Shown: piece after piece, positions 19,101 through 29,700 of the stretch | Layout: each line of letters opens with the position of its first letter | How positions within the stretch are numbered: position 1 is the first letter of the stretch | From: Dudresnaya verticillata | Lineage: Eukaryota | Reading direction: 5' to 3' | Length of the DNA: 64,000 bases | Assembly (NCBI GenBank): GCA_977862235.1 | Contig: OZ374565.1 | Coordinates: 2,542,001 to 2,606,000 of the forward strand | Notes under the pieces: model-generated | What the model was told of the DNA's origin: nothing | The model's input: the letters and a program-made list of their open reading frames with translations, nothing else | Databases searched by the model: none | Translations under genes and position numbers: made by a program

Positions 19101-20837
19101 GGCGCGGACGCGAGACGGTATATGTGTGACCATAGGGATATGCGAGCGACAGATGTCTTCGACCGCCGGCAGAAGCTGCCCTCCTGGACCCCGCGCAACG
19201 GGTGGGGTTTGCGCAGTTGGTACCTCTCGAGTAGCAGGTACCGGTGCAGGAGGCGGCTCCTGGCTGTCCGGGATTCGTCGCGGGGCTGGCAGGATATCGT
19301 CCGCTGGCTCGCCGTCCTCGGGTTGCGTCTCCGTGACCGCGTCCAGAGCAGGAGACTGTGATGGCGCGGCTACAGTTTCTTCACGGCTCGGTGTCGTCAA
19401 TTGGTTGGACGGGACGTGGGAGAACGCCGGAGTGCGAGTAGCGGGACATGCGCTGCAATTCTTGTACCGCATACTGTACATGCCTTCACTGTTCATGCGG
19501 GAGCTACAGTGGGTGGGCATGTACTTGTTGTGAGTCACACAGTACCATACTCCATAGTCCAGGAGCTGCTGCTTGAGAGGCTCGATGTCGGTCCTCGTCG
19601 GTGGTCCTCGCCTGCCAGGAACATGCATCTTCCGCAGGTGCATGAGTAGCGCTTCTACAGTAGGCAGTGAGGACGACTGGCAGCCCAGAGGACAGCTGGT
19701 ACTGTTTGTCGGGCGGTGTTTTGCCGAAGGCATAAAGCATGGAGAGAGCCATACCTTCGGCATGTCGGGGTGCTGCTGACCAATCATGGTTACAGCGCTG
19801 GGTAAGGTACCTGTAAAGGTCCTCTACAGTAGGTTCCCACGGGGCACAGGCCTCCTAACCGGGACGCAAGCCTGTCGTCCGTCGTCAGTCTGTTCGGGAC
19901 ACCTCCAGAGGGTGCTACAGGTGGCCTTGCTGCGAGATGAGGGCCTCTTCGCAGCGTAGGGCGCGAGATCGCGCACTTTGCGCACGAGCTCGCGCAAAAG
20001 GGCGCGCGTGTTAGCGTTCGTGCGCGCAGAGTTATCGGACGTTCCCTTCCCTGCCGCAGCTGAGAAGACTCTCTTCACTGCGGTCCTGTAACGCGCGGTA
20101 CTTCTCGTTTGCACAAGCTCTCAATGGGGTCGCAGAACCACCGTTTACCTGTGAGTGCCCACAGGATTTTTGGCCTCCCCCGAAGGTTCGCTGGCAGGAC
20201 GTTCGCTCGATCTTAGAAGGGGTGGTTTCAAAACAGGATCCACCAGGCTTAAGCCACGTTACCCCAACTTCGACGTTGCTTGGCACGTTTCTGCGATGAG
20301 CTTGTGGGTCACGAGCCGCCTACCACTCAAGGTCGAGGGTCTTTGGCGATTCCCACACTTGTAGGTCTCTCGGCACTTCCCGAAGGAAGATTTTACAGGA
20401 CAAGCCTGGCCTTTACCAATCTGTCAGTTGAAGGGTGTGAAACCCCTCTGTCGACAGTCCACGGCAGCCTAGACAGAGTCTAGGCTGTGCCGGGTACAAG
20501 CAAAACGCGTACAGGGCCAGGGAAAGAAAGATAAGTCAGTGGGGCCCGGGCAAATTTCAAGGTGAGGGATCACCTTAAAAGTAAGCGCAAAATAGGAAAC
20601 GCGTGACCGTCGGCGACGACGGCGGCGGCGACGGCGGCGACGACGACGGCGTCGCGGCGCAGATCGGCGGCGCGGAAAGAGACAAAAGTAGACCGCGCTC
20701 GCCCGCCCGCGAAGGTGAAGGGCTGAAAAACCCCGCACCGACGCGCCGTCGCGCGCTCGAACAGGCGGCACCGCCGCCGAAAAGATCGGTGCAGAACTTG
20801 TTGAGATATCCGCGAAACAAAAATTTCGGCAGATCGC
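16198..20837 (-). mobile_element. Retrotransposon copy 4 (full length, subtype B)
   Basis: Followed by filler, the duplication CTGAGGTGAG (20854-20863) and the 5S 3' segment. Confidence 0.95.
16299..19787 (-). CDS. RT-RLE retrotransposon protein, 1162 aa (copy 4)
   Basis: Same motifs as copy 1. Confidence 0.95.
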   Translation of the reverse strand: MIGQQHPDMPKVWLSPCFMPSAKHRPTNSTSCPLGCQSSSLPTVEALLMHLRKMHVPGRRGPPTRTDIEPLKQQLLDYGVWYCVTHNKYMPTHCSSRMNSEGMYSMRYKNCSACPATRTPAFSHVPSNQLTTPSREETVAAPSQSPALDAVTETQPEDGEPADDILPAPRRIPDSQEPPPAPVPATREVPTAQTPPVARGPGGQLLPAVEDICRSHIPMVTHIPSRVRAEVRDALSKTVWAFTNATNSQEATKELTAFLLFPAAVLSNPPAASARASASTSASSIGTFRDRIRRWGLKDYDALWQEALKGSTFREQTAPSAEEQRRINASRALRLAKEGAYSKAAAALDSDGIAPATDSVIQSMKDKHPQSVLQTDADHELDQSEPLPTMPDFVPFTADEVRKAVAKFPRASASGGTGLSPTHLQELLSVPTTHEHTGLLGGLTKMVNVLASGAGPAELSPWIASAPLTALKKRTGGVRPIAVGETIRRLVSSMLMTRVAPKAKAYLEPLQLGVATSGGTEAIVHAVRKLQKSHGHDKSYGLLQVDLKNAFNLVSRKAFMKEVRRHMPELLPWVRYCYDSEGPHLWMGDTLLRSVTGVQQGDPLGPLLFALVLQALIKQLKELTADLRRSGRNQQAEGANNLLLSLFYLDDGVIVAKHAVLRKVLSFFDSEEAKGYGFHLRMDKCTVWWPTAPDPEDCAAYPSDLGQSYGEGTTVLQAPIGTQNYMEESVNGHVESIQPLLDAISGLEDLHVAITLLRNCAGVCRLNYLLRVVPSSATAKGAELFDQKIEACMRKLVGGVLPRDTFRELQLPLRTKEPSFGIGISGAGDMNSSAFLASLSLTRNLLRSILPASVNTALSDDPFAVEAHEDWSAKCHSEDALDLEKIDSDECPRQRDLTRLVLKKVQAELPLGDRRTQAFRASLGVPGAKDWLKCQPAPGMKTYIADRDYRVWLRFYCRIPLLEPDTECPRAGCKKMMDVHGDHLLICPNGMRNSGSPRSWRHDSQVRLLASDLKRATRTPIVEPRPVGAHLDRPDIKALGTEGGTDYLDVTISHPLSSEQRILSCITNPQGTLKNAHADKVRTYRGFIQAAGPGARLVPVPMTTLGGWHPEAHKYMQELADTVASRAMVTRGVSRAALFHRHAARLVQNNVKCLMEGIQQEV

Positions 20838-20863
20838 TGAGGGAGTACTCAGTCTGAGGTGAG

Positions 20864-20894
20864 GGATCACTCTGGAATCGCCAGTGCCGAATGT
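20864..20894 (+). rRNA. 5S rRNA: 5S rRNA gene 2, 3' segment (nt 90-120)
   Basis: GGATCACTCTGGAATCGCCAGTGCCGAATGT followed by oligo(T). Confidence 0.92.
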
Positions 20895-21983
20895 TTTTAT
20901 TTTTTTGCACCTCATTCCTTCCTCCCCGCCGCCCTCTGCGTACATTGCTGCCTTGCATACCTCTCCCACAGAATCCCCGACCCACTGCCTCTGTACAGCG
21001 TATTCTTTTCACTCGCACTTTTCCCCTTTTCTTGTAAGTGGGAGGGAGTCTGAGAGTGTTTGCAGGTGTCTAGGGGTTGTTTAGGGTTAGGTCTAGGGTT
21101 AGTTTGGTTACTGTGGTACGCGAGGGGCATGATATTGGGAGGGTAAAGGGTCTAGTGTTGGTGCATGGAATGAATCATGGTGGTGGAAGGAATGGATCAG
21201 TGTGGTGGATGAATTGGATTTAGGGACATAGAATTGGATTAGATTTAGTACCCAGAAGATTGGATCAAGGATCACCACAATCGGATCAAGTCTGGTGGCT
21301 GGGGTGAGGGTGGCTTGGACGTTTGTGCTCATAACTTTGGAACGGCTGGGGCTAGGGAGCTGCTCAGTAGCTGAATCGAAGCGTCTCGTTGCTGCGCATT
21401 GCGTAGCGCTCTTACCCTCCTAAATCGACTTTTTGGCGCGTTTCTATGGTGCAAAACGTCCCCACGGGCCGTCGGCAGCTTTTGAGCAGATCAAATAGGG
21501 GTTTGGGGCATGTATGGTTATGGGTGGGTTTAGGGGTGTTAGGGATGTGTCATTTTAACGCGTTTAGGAGTGTAGGGAGTGGGAATGAAAGTAGTAAGGA
21601 TGAGGAAATGGAAAGGGAAGGATGAGAAAGTATAGTACAATGCAGTAATACAAATCACGGAATGCATCAGGTTGGGATCCAATAAGGGTGGATGGATTGG
21701 ATCAACGGAAGTCAAGGCGTTATAGGATTGGATCTAGGGGCTCTGTAAATTAGATTGGGTGCTGGTTTCATTGAACCAAGGGGTCAGAACGTCCATGAGC
21801 TGGTTGACTGTATTTATATTGAATCCTGCGTTTAGAGTAAATGGTATACGGTTATGGGTCATTACTTTAATGCTCCACGTGTACACTACAGTCGGATGGA
21901 CATTGGACGCAGGAGTCTTTAGTCGATGACGGGGAGTGCAGTTGATGGCGCATTTAAATAGGGGTACGGCGGGAACAGCAAGC
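20895..21983. repeat. 5S rDNA intergenic spacer
   Basis: Matches other spacer copies; 20864-22072 defines the 1209-bp uninserted repeat unit. Confidence 0.9.
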
Positions 21984-22072
21984 ACATTCGGCCATACTAC
22001 GCAGACATGCTCCGTATCCCATCCCGAACTGCGAAGATAAGTCTCGTCAGGCTGGTTTAGTACTGAGGTGAG
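21984..22072 (+). rRNA. 5S rRNA: 5S rRNA gene 3, 5' segment (nt 1-89), interrupted by seven stacked elements
   Basis: Same sequence as 912-1000. Confidence 0.93.
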
Positions 22073-25000
22073 TTCAACTTTATAACAGGTGACCATATTC
22101 TAATATTTGTCGACGTACAATCTACTGTAGTATCACAACAAAGTTAAACCCCAACTCAAAACAACCTGCACATCTACACCTCCTGTTGGATCCCTTCCAT
22201 CAGGCACTTGACGTTGTTCTGCACCAGTCGCGCCGCGTGCCTGTGGAACAGAGCCGCTCGCGAAACACCGCGAGTTACCATGGCCCGAGAAGCCACGGTA
22301 TCCGCCAACTCTTGCATATACTTGTGCGCCTCCGGGTGCCAGCCACCTAGTGTGGTCATCGGCACCGGCACAAGCCTTGCCCCCGGTCCGGCAGCCTGGA
22401 TGAAGCCACGATAAGTCCGCACCTTGTCAGCGTGGGCGTTCTTCAGCGTCCCTTGCGGGTTTGTTATGCAGCTGAGAATGCGTTGTTCTGACGACAGTGG
22501 ATGACTGATTGTGACGTCCAGGTAGTCCGTTCCTCCTTCTGTTCCAAGCGCCTTGATGTCCGGCCGATCCAAGTGAGCCCCCACAGGGCGGGGCTCCACA
22601 ATCGGGGTGCGTGTCGCACGTTTCAGATCCGAAGCCAGCAGACGAACCTGAGAGTCGTGGCGCCACGACCGAGGAGATCCGCTGTTCCGCATGCCGTTCG
22701 GACAAATCAGCAGATGGTCGCCGTGAACATCCATCATCTTCTTGCACCCGGCCCGAGGACACTCCGTGTCGGGTTCCAGCAGTGGAATCCGACAGTAGAA
22801 TCGAAGCCATACGCGGTAGTCCCGATCCGCAATGTACGTCTTCATGCCTGGTGCCGGCTGGCACTTGAGCCAGTCCTTGGCGCCCGGCACGCCAAGGGAA
22901 GCTCGGAAAGCTTGCGTCCGCCTGTCCCCGAGCGGCAGCTCGGCTTGCACTTTCTTCAGAACCAACCGCGTCAAGTCCCGCTGGCGCGGGCACTCGTCGC
23001 TGTCGATCTTCTCCAGGTCCAGGGCATCCTCACTATGGCACTTGGCGCTCCAGTCTTCGTGCGCTTCTACTGCAAAAGGATCGTCAGAAAGAGCAGTGTT
23101 CACAGAAGCGGGTAAGATAGAACGCAGTAAGTTGCGGGTCAGTGAAAGGGACGCCAAAAACGCGCTCGAGTTCATGTCGCCAGCTCCCGAAATACCGATT
23201 CCGAAGCTGGGCTCTTTCGTGCGCAGGGGAAGCTGAAGTTCGCGGAAGGTGTCCCTCGGTAGGACTCCTCCCACGAGCTTGCGCATGCAAGCCTCAATCT
23301 TCTGGTCGAAGAGCTCGGCGCCCTTTGCCGTGGCGGATGATGGAACTACTCGCAGCAGGTAGTTCAGCCGGCAGACTCCGGCACAGTTGCGGAGTAGAGT
23401 GATGGCCACGTGTAGGTCTTCTAGTCCCGAAATTGCGTCCAGCAGGGGCTGGATGGACTCGACATGGCCATTCACGCTCTCCTCCATGTAGTTCTGCGTT
23501 CCAATCGGAGCCTGAAGTACTGTAGTGCCTTCTCCGTAGCTCTGCCCAAGATCCGACGGGTAGGCAGCGCAGTCTTCTGGGTCGGGTGCAGTAGGCCACC
23601 AAACAGTACACTTGTCCATGCGCAGGTGGAAGCCATAGCCCTTAGCTTCCTCGGAGTCAAAGAAGGACAGAACCTTCCTGAGTACGGCGTGTTTCGCCAC
23701 GATGACGCCGTCGTCCAGGTAGAACAGTGACAGCAGCAAGTTGTTCGCCCCCTCCGCTTGCTGATTGCGGCCCGAGCGCCGCAGGTCGGCGGTGAGTTCC
23801 TTCAACTGTTTGATCAGTGCCTGCAGCACCAAAGCAAACAGTAACGGCCCGAGCGGGTCACCTTGCTGTACACCAGTGACACTCCGCAGTAGAGTGTCAC
23901 CCATCCACAGGTGCGGGCCCTCAGAGTCATAACAGTATCTGACCCACGGTAGTAGTTCAGGCATATGTCGGCGGACCTCCTTCATGAATGCTTTGCGGCT
24001 GACAAGGTTGAAGGCATTCTTCAAGTCCACTTGTAGCAACCCGTAGGACTTGTCATGGCCGTGAGACTTCTGCAGCTTCCGGACCGCGTGTACAATGGCT
24101 TCTGTGCCGCCCGAGGTTGCGACCCCGAGCTGAAGCGGTTCGAGGTATGCCTTGGCCTTGGGAGCGACTCTGGTCATGAGCATAGAGCTCACGAGTCGTC
24201 GGATTGTCTCTCCTACAGCAATGGGGCGGACACCGCCGGTGCGCTTCTTCAGAGCCGTGAGAGGAGCGCTGGCAATCCAAGGCGACAGCTCCGCAGGTCC
24301 TGCGCCGCTGGCCAGCACGTTGACCATTTTGGTGAGCCCGCCAAGCAGGCCCGTGTGCTCGTGAGTGGTCGGGACTGAGAGCAGTTCCTGCAGATGCGTC
24401 GGTGATAGTCCTGTTCCCCCCGAGGCCGAAGCCCGGGGGAACTTGGCCACTGCTTTTCGTACTTCGTCGGCTGTGAAAGGCACGAAGTCAGGCATGGTCG
24501 GCAGCGGTTCGGACTGGTCAAGCTCGTGGTCCGCGTCGGTTTGCGGTACGGACTGCGGGTGCTTGTCCTTCATGGACTGTATCACAGAGTCTGTGGCTGG
24601 GGCGATTCCATCAGAGTCTAGAGCTGCTGCTGCCTTACTGTAGGCGCCCTCCTTTGCAAGGCGAAGGGCTCGTGAGGCATTGATACGGCGTTGCTCTTCT
24701 GCGGAAGGCGCAGTCTGCTCACGGAATGTCGAGCCCTTCAAGGCCTCCTGCCATAGGGCGTCGTAATCCTTGAGTCCCCAGCGTCGGATTCGATCGCGGA
24801 AGGTGCCGATCGAGGACGCAGAGGTTGACGCGCTGGCCCTTGCACTCGCGGCGGGAGGATTGGACAAGACGGCTGCTGGAAAAAGCAGGAATGCAGTGAG
24901 CTCTTTGGTGGCTTCCTGAGAGTTGGTTGCGTTCGTAAAAGCCCATACCGTCTTGGACAGTGCGTCGCGCACCTCGGCGCGGACGCGAGACGGTATATGT

Positions 25001-26724
25001 GTGACCATAGGGATATGCGAGCGACAGATGTCTTCGACCGCCGGCAGAAGCTGCCCTCCTGGACCCCGCGCAACGGGTGGGGTTTGCGCAGTTGGTACCT
25101 CTCGAGTAGCAGGTACCGGTGCAGGAGGCGGCTCCTGGCTGTCCGGGATTCGTCGCGGGGCTGGCAGGATATCGTCCGCTGGCTCGCCGTCCTCGGGTTG
25201 CGTCTCCGTGACCGCGTCCAGAGCAGGAGACTGTGATGGCGCGGCTACAGTTTCTTCACGGCTCGGTGTCGTCAATTGGTTGGACGGGACGTGGGAGAAC
25301 GCCGGAGTGCGAGTAGCGGGACATGCGCTGCAATTCTTGTACCGCATACTGTACATGCCTTCACTGTTCATGCGGGAGCTACAGTGGGTGGGCATGTACT
25401 TGTTGTGAGTCACACAGTACCATACTCCATAGTCCAGGAGCTGCTGCTTGAGAGGCTCGATGTCGGTCCTCGTCGGTGGTCCTCGCCTGCCAGGAACATG
25501 CATCTTCCGCAGGTGCATGAGTAGCGCTTCTACAGTAGGCAGTGAGGACGACTGGCAGCCCAGAGGACAGCTGGTACTGTTTGTCGGGCGGTGTTTTGCC
25601 GAAGGCATAAAGCATGGAGAGAGCCATACCTTCGGCATGTCGGGGTGCTGCTGACCAATCATGGTTACAGCGCTGGGTAAGGTACCTGTAAAGGTCCTCT
25701 ACAGTAGGTTCCCACGGGGCACAGACCTCCTAACCGGGACGCAAGCCTGTCGTCCGTCGTCAGTCTGTTCGGGACACCTCCAGAGGGTGCTACAGGTGGC
25801 CTTGCTGCGAGATGAGGGCCTCTTCGCAGCGTAGGGCGCGAGATCGCGCACTTTGCGCACGAGCTCGCGCAAAAGGGCGCGCGTGTTAGCGTTCGTGCGC
25901 GCAGAGTTATCGGACGTTCCCTTCCCTGCCGCAGCTGAGAAGACTCTCTTCACTGCGGTCCTGTAACGCGCGGTACTTCTCGTTTGCACAAGCTCTCAAT
26001 GGGGTCGCAGAACCACCGTTTACCTGTGAGTGCCCACAGGATTTTTGGCCTCCCCCGAAGGTTCGCTGGCAGGACGTTCGCTCGATCTTAGAAGGGGTGG
26101 TTTCAAAACAGGATCCACCAGGCTTAAGCCACGTTACCCCAACTTCGACGTTGCTTGGCACGTTTCTGCGATGAGCTTGTGGGTCACGAGCCGCCTACCA
26201 CTCAAGGTCGAGGGTCTTTGGCGATTCCCACACTTGTAGGTCTCTCGGCACTTCCCGAAGGAAGATTTTACAGGACAAGCCTGGCCTTTACCAATCTGTC
26301 AGTTGAAGGGTGTGAAACCCCTCTGTCGACAGTCCACGGCAGCCTAGACAGAGTCTAGGCTGTGCCGGGTACAAGCAAAACGCGTACAGGGCCAGGGAAA
26401 GAAAGATAAGTCAGTGGGGCCCGGGCAAATTTCAAGGTGAGGGATCACCTTAAAAGTAAGCGCAAAATAGGAAACGCGTGACCGTCGGCGACGACGGCGG
26501 CGGCGACGGCGGCGACGACGACGGCGTCGCGGCGCAGATCGGCGGCGCGGAAAGAGACAAAAGTAGACCGCGCTCGCCCGCCCGCGAAGGTGAAGGGCTG
26601 AAAAACCCCGCACCGACGCGCCGTCGCGCGCTCGAACAGGCGGCACCGCCGCCGAAAAGATCGGTGCAGAACTTGCTGAGAAATCTCCGAAACAAAAAAT
26701 TCGGCAGATCGCGAGGGGTTCTCC
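22073..26724 (-). mobile_element. Retrotransposon copy 5 (full length)
   Basis: Precise 3' junction, intact ORF. Confidence 0.95.
22174..25662 (-). CDS. RT-RLE retrotransposon protein, 1162 aa (copy 5)
   Basis: Same motifs as copy 1. Confidence 0.95.
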   Translation of the reverse strand: MIGQQHPDMPKVWLSPCFMPSAKHRPTNSTSCPLGCQSSSLPTVEALLMHLRKMHVPGRRGPPTRTDIEPLKQQLLDYGVWYCVTHNKYMPTHCSSRMNSEGMYSMRYKNCSACPATRTPAFSHVPSNQLTTPSREETVAAPSQSPALDAVTETQPEDGEPADDILPAPRRIPDSQEPPPAPVPATREVPTAQTPPVARGPGGQLLPAVEDICRSHIPMVTHIPSRVRAEVRDALSKTVWAFTNATNSQEATKELTAFLLFPAAVLSNPPAASARASASTSASSIGTFRDRIRRWGLKDYDALWQEALKGSTFREQTAPSAEEQRRINASRALRLAKEGAYSKAAAALDSDGIAPATDSVIQSMKDKHPQSVPQTDADHELDQSEPLPTMPDFVPFTADEVRKAVAKFPRASASGGTGLSPTHLQELLSVPTTHEHTGLLGGLTKMVNVLASGAGPAELSPWIASAPLTALKKRTGGVRPIAVGETIRRLVSSMLMTRVAPKAKAYLEPLQLGVATSGGTEAIVHAVRKLQKSHGHDKSYGLLQVDLKNAFNLVSRKAFMKEVRRHMPELLPWVRYCYDSEGPHLWMGDTLLRSVTGVQQGDPLGPLLFALVLQALIKQLKELTADLRRSGRNQQAEGANNLLLSLFYLDDGVIVAKHAVLRKVLSFFDSEEAKGYGFHLRMDKCTVWWPTAPDPEDCAAYPSDLGQSYGEGTTVLQAPIGTQNYMEESVNGHVESIQPLLDAISGLEDLHVAITLLRNCAGVCRLNYLLRVVPSSATAKGAELFDQKIEACMRKLVGGVLPRDTFRELQLPLRTKEPSFGIGISGAGDMNSSAFLASLSLTRNLLRSILPASVNTALSDDPFAVEAHEDWSAKCHSEDALDLEKIDSDECPRQRDLTRLVLKKVQAELPLGDRRTQAFRASLGVPGAKDWLKCQPAPGMKTYIADRDYRVWLRFYCRIPLLEPDTECPRAGCKKMMDVHGDHLLICPNGMRNSGSPRSWRHDSQVRLLASDLKRATRTPIVEPRPVGAHLDRPDIKALGTEGGTDYLDVTISHPLSSEQRILSCITNPQGTLKNAHADKVRTYRGFIQAAGPGARLVPVPMTTLGGWHPEAHKYMQELADTVASRAMVTRGVSRAALFHRHAARLVQNNVKCLMEGIQQEV

Positions 26725-26756
26725 GGGTACTGAGGTGAGGACTGAGGTCAGGTGAG

Positions 26757-29700
26757 TTCAACTTTATAACAGGTGACCATATTCTAATATTTGTCGACGT
26801 ACAATCTACTGTAGTATCACAACAAAGTTAAACCCCAACTCAAAACAACCTGCACATCTACACCTCCTGTTGGATCCCTTCCATCAGGCACTTGACGTTG
26901 TTCTGCACCAGTCGCGCCGCGTGCCTGTGGAACAGAGCCGCTCGCGAAACACCGCGAGTTACCATGGCCCGAGAAGCCACGGTATCCGCCAACTCTTGCA
27001 TATACTTGTGCGCCTCCGGGTGCCAGCCACCTAGTGTGGTCATCGGCACCGGCACAAGCCTTGCCCCCGGTCCGGCAGCCTGGATGAAGCCACGGTAAGT
27101 CCGCACCTTGTCAGCGTGGGCGTTCTTCAGCGTCCCTTGCGGGTTTGTTATGCAGCTGAGAATGCGTTGTTCTGACGACAGTGGATGACTGATTGTGACG
27201 TCCAGGTAGTCCGTTCCTCCTTCTGTTCCAAGCGCCTTGATGTCCGGCCGATCCAAGTGAGCCCCCACAGGGCGGGGCTCCACAATCGGGGTGCGTGTCG
27301 CACGTTTCAGATCCGAAGCCAGCAGACGAACCTGAGAGTCGTGGCGCCACGACCGAGGAGATCCGCTGTTCCGCATGCCGTTCGGACAAATCAGCAGATG
27401 GTCGCCGTGAACATCCATCATCTTCTTGCACCCGGCCCGAGGACACTCCGTGTCGGGTTCCAGCAGTGGAATCCGACAGTAGAATCGAAGCCATACGCGG
27501 TAGTCCCGATCCGCAATGTACGTCTTCATGCCTGGTGCCGGCTGGCACTTGAGCCAGTCCTTGGCGCCCGGCACGCCAAGGGAAGCTCGGAAAGCTTGCG
27601 TCCGCCTGTCCCCGAGCGGCAGCTCGGCTTGCACTTTCTTCAGAACCAACCGCGTCAAGTCCCGCTGGCGCGGGCACTCGTCGCTGTCGATCTTCTTCAG
27701 GTCCAGGGCATCCTCACTATGGCACTTGGCGCTCCAGTCTTCGTGCGCTTCTACTGCAAAAGGATCGTCAGAAAGAGCAGTGTTCACAGAAGCGGGTAAG
27801 ATAGAACGCAGTAAGTTGCGGGTCAGTGAAAGGGACGCCAAAAACGCGCTCGAGTTCATGTCGCCAGCTCCCGAAATACCGATTCCGAAGCTGGGCTCTT
27901 TCGTGCGCAGGGGAAGCTGAAGTTCGCGGAAGGTGTCCCTCGGTAGGACTCCTCCCACGAGCTTGCGCATGCAAGCCTCAATCTTCTGGTCGAAGAGCTC
28001 GGCGCCCTTTGCCGTGGCGGATGATGGAACTACTCGCAGCAGGTAGTTCAGCCGGCAGACTCCGGCACAGTTGCGGAGTAGAGTGATGGCCACGTGTAGG
28101 TCTTCTAGTCCCGAAATTGCGTCCAGCAGGGGCTGGATGGACTCGACATGGCCATTCACGCTCTCCTCCATGTAGTTCTGCGTTCCAATCGGAGCCTGAA
28201 GTACTGTAGTGCCTTCTCCGTAGCTCTGCCCAAGATCCGACGGGTAGGCAGCGCAGTCTTCTGGGTCGGGTGCAGTAGGCCACCAAACAGTACACTTGTC
28301 CATGCGCAGGTGGAAGCCATAGCCCTTAGCTTCCTCGGAGTCAAAGAAGGACAGAACCTTCCTGAGTACGGCGTGTTTCGCCACGATGACGCCGTCGTCC
28401 AGGTAGAACAGTGACAGCAGCAAGTTGTTCGCCCCCTCCGCTTGCTGATTGCGGCCCGAGCGCCGCAGGTCGGCGGTGAGTTCCTTCAACTGTTTGATCA
28501 GTGCCTGCAGCACCAAAGCAAACAGTAACGGCCCGAGCGGGTCACCTTGCTGTACACCAGTGACACTCCGCAGTAGAGTGTCACCCATCCACAGGTGCGG
28601 GCCCTCAGAGTCATAACAGTATCTGACCCACGGTAGTAGTTCAGGCATATGTCGGCGGACCTCCTTCATGAATGCTTTGCGGCTGACAAGGTTGAAGGCA
28701 TTCTTCAAGTCCACTTGTAGCAACCCGTAGGACTTGTCATGGCCGTGAGACTTCTGCAGCTTCCGGACCGCGTGTACAATGGCTTCTGTGCCGCCCGAGG
28801 TTGCGACCCCGAGCTGAAGCGGTTCGAGGTATGCCTTGGCCTTGGGAGCGACTCTGGTCATGAGCATAGAGCTCACGAGTCGTCGGATTGTCTCTCCTAC
28901 AGCAATGGGGCGGACACCGCCGGTGCGCTTCTTCAGAGCCGTGAGAGGAGCGCTGGCAATCCAAGGCGACAGCTCCGCAGGTCCTGCGCCGCTGGCCAGC
29001 ACGTTGACCATTTTGGTGAGCCCGCCAAGCAGGCCCGTGTGCTCGTGAGTGGTCGGGACTGAGAGCAGTTCCTGCAGATGCGTCGGTGATAGTCCTGTTC
29101 CCCCCGAGGCCGAAGCCCGGGGGAACTTGGCCACTGCTTTTCGTACTTCGTCGGCTGTGAAAGGCACGAAGTCAGGCATGGTCGGCAGCGGTTCGGACTG
29201 GTCAAGCTCGTGGTCCGCGTCGGTTTGCGGTACGGACTGCGGGTGCTTGTCCTTCATGGACTGTATCACAGAGTCTGTGGCTGGGGCGATTCCATCAGAG
29301 TCTAGAGCTGCTGCTGCCTTACTGTAGGCGCCCTCCTTTGCAAGGCGAAGGGCTCGTGAGGCATTGATACGGCGTTGCTCTTCTGCGGAAGGCGCAGTCT
29401 GCTCACGGAATGTCGAGCCCTTCAAGGCCTCCTGCCATAGGGCGTCGTAATCCTTGAGTCCCCAGCGTCGGATTCGATCGCGGAAGGTGCCGATCGAGGA
29501 CGCAGAGGTTGACGCGCTGGCCCTTGCACTCGCGGCGGGAGGATTGGACAAGACGGCTGCTGGAAAAAGCAGGAATGCAGTGAGCTCTTTGGTGGCTTCC
29601 TGAGAGTTGGTTGCGTTCGTAAAAGCCCATACCGTCTTGGACAGTGCGTCGCGCACCTCGGCGCGGACGCGAGACGGTATATGTGTGACCATAGGGATAT

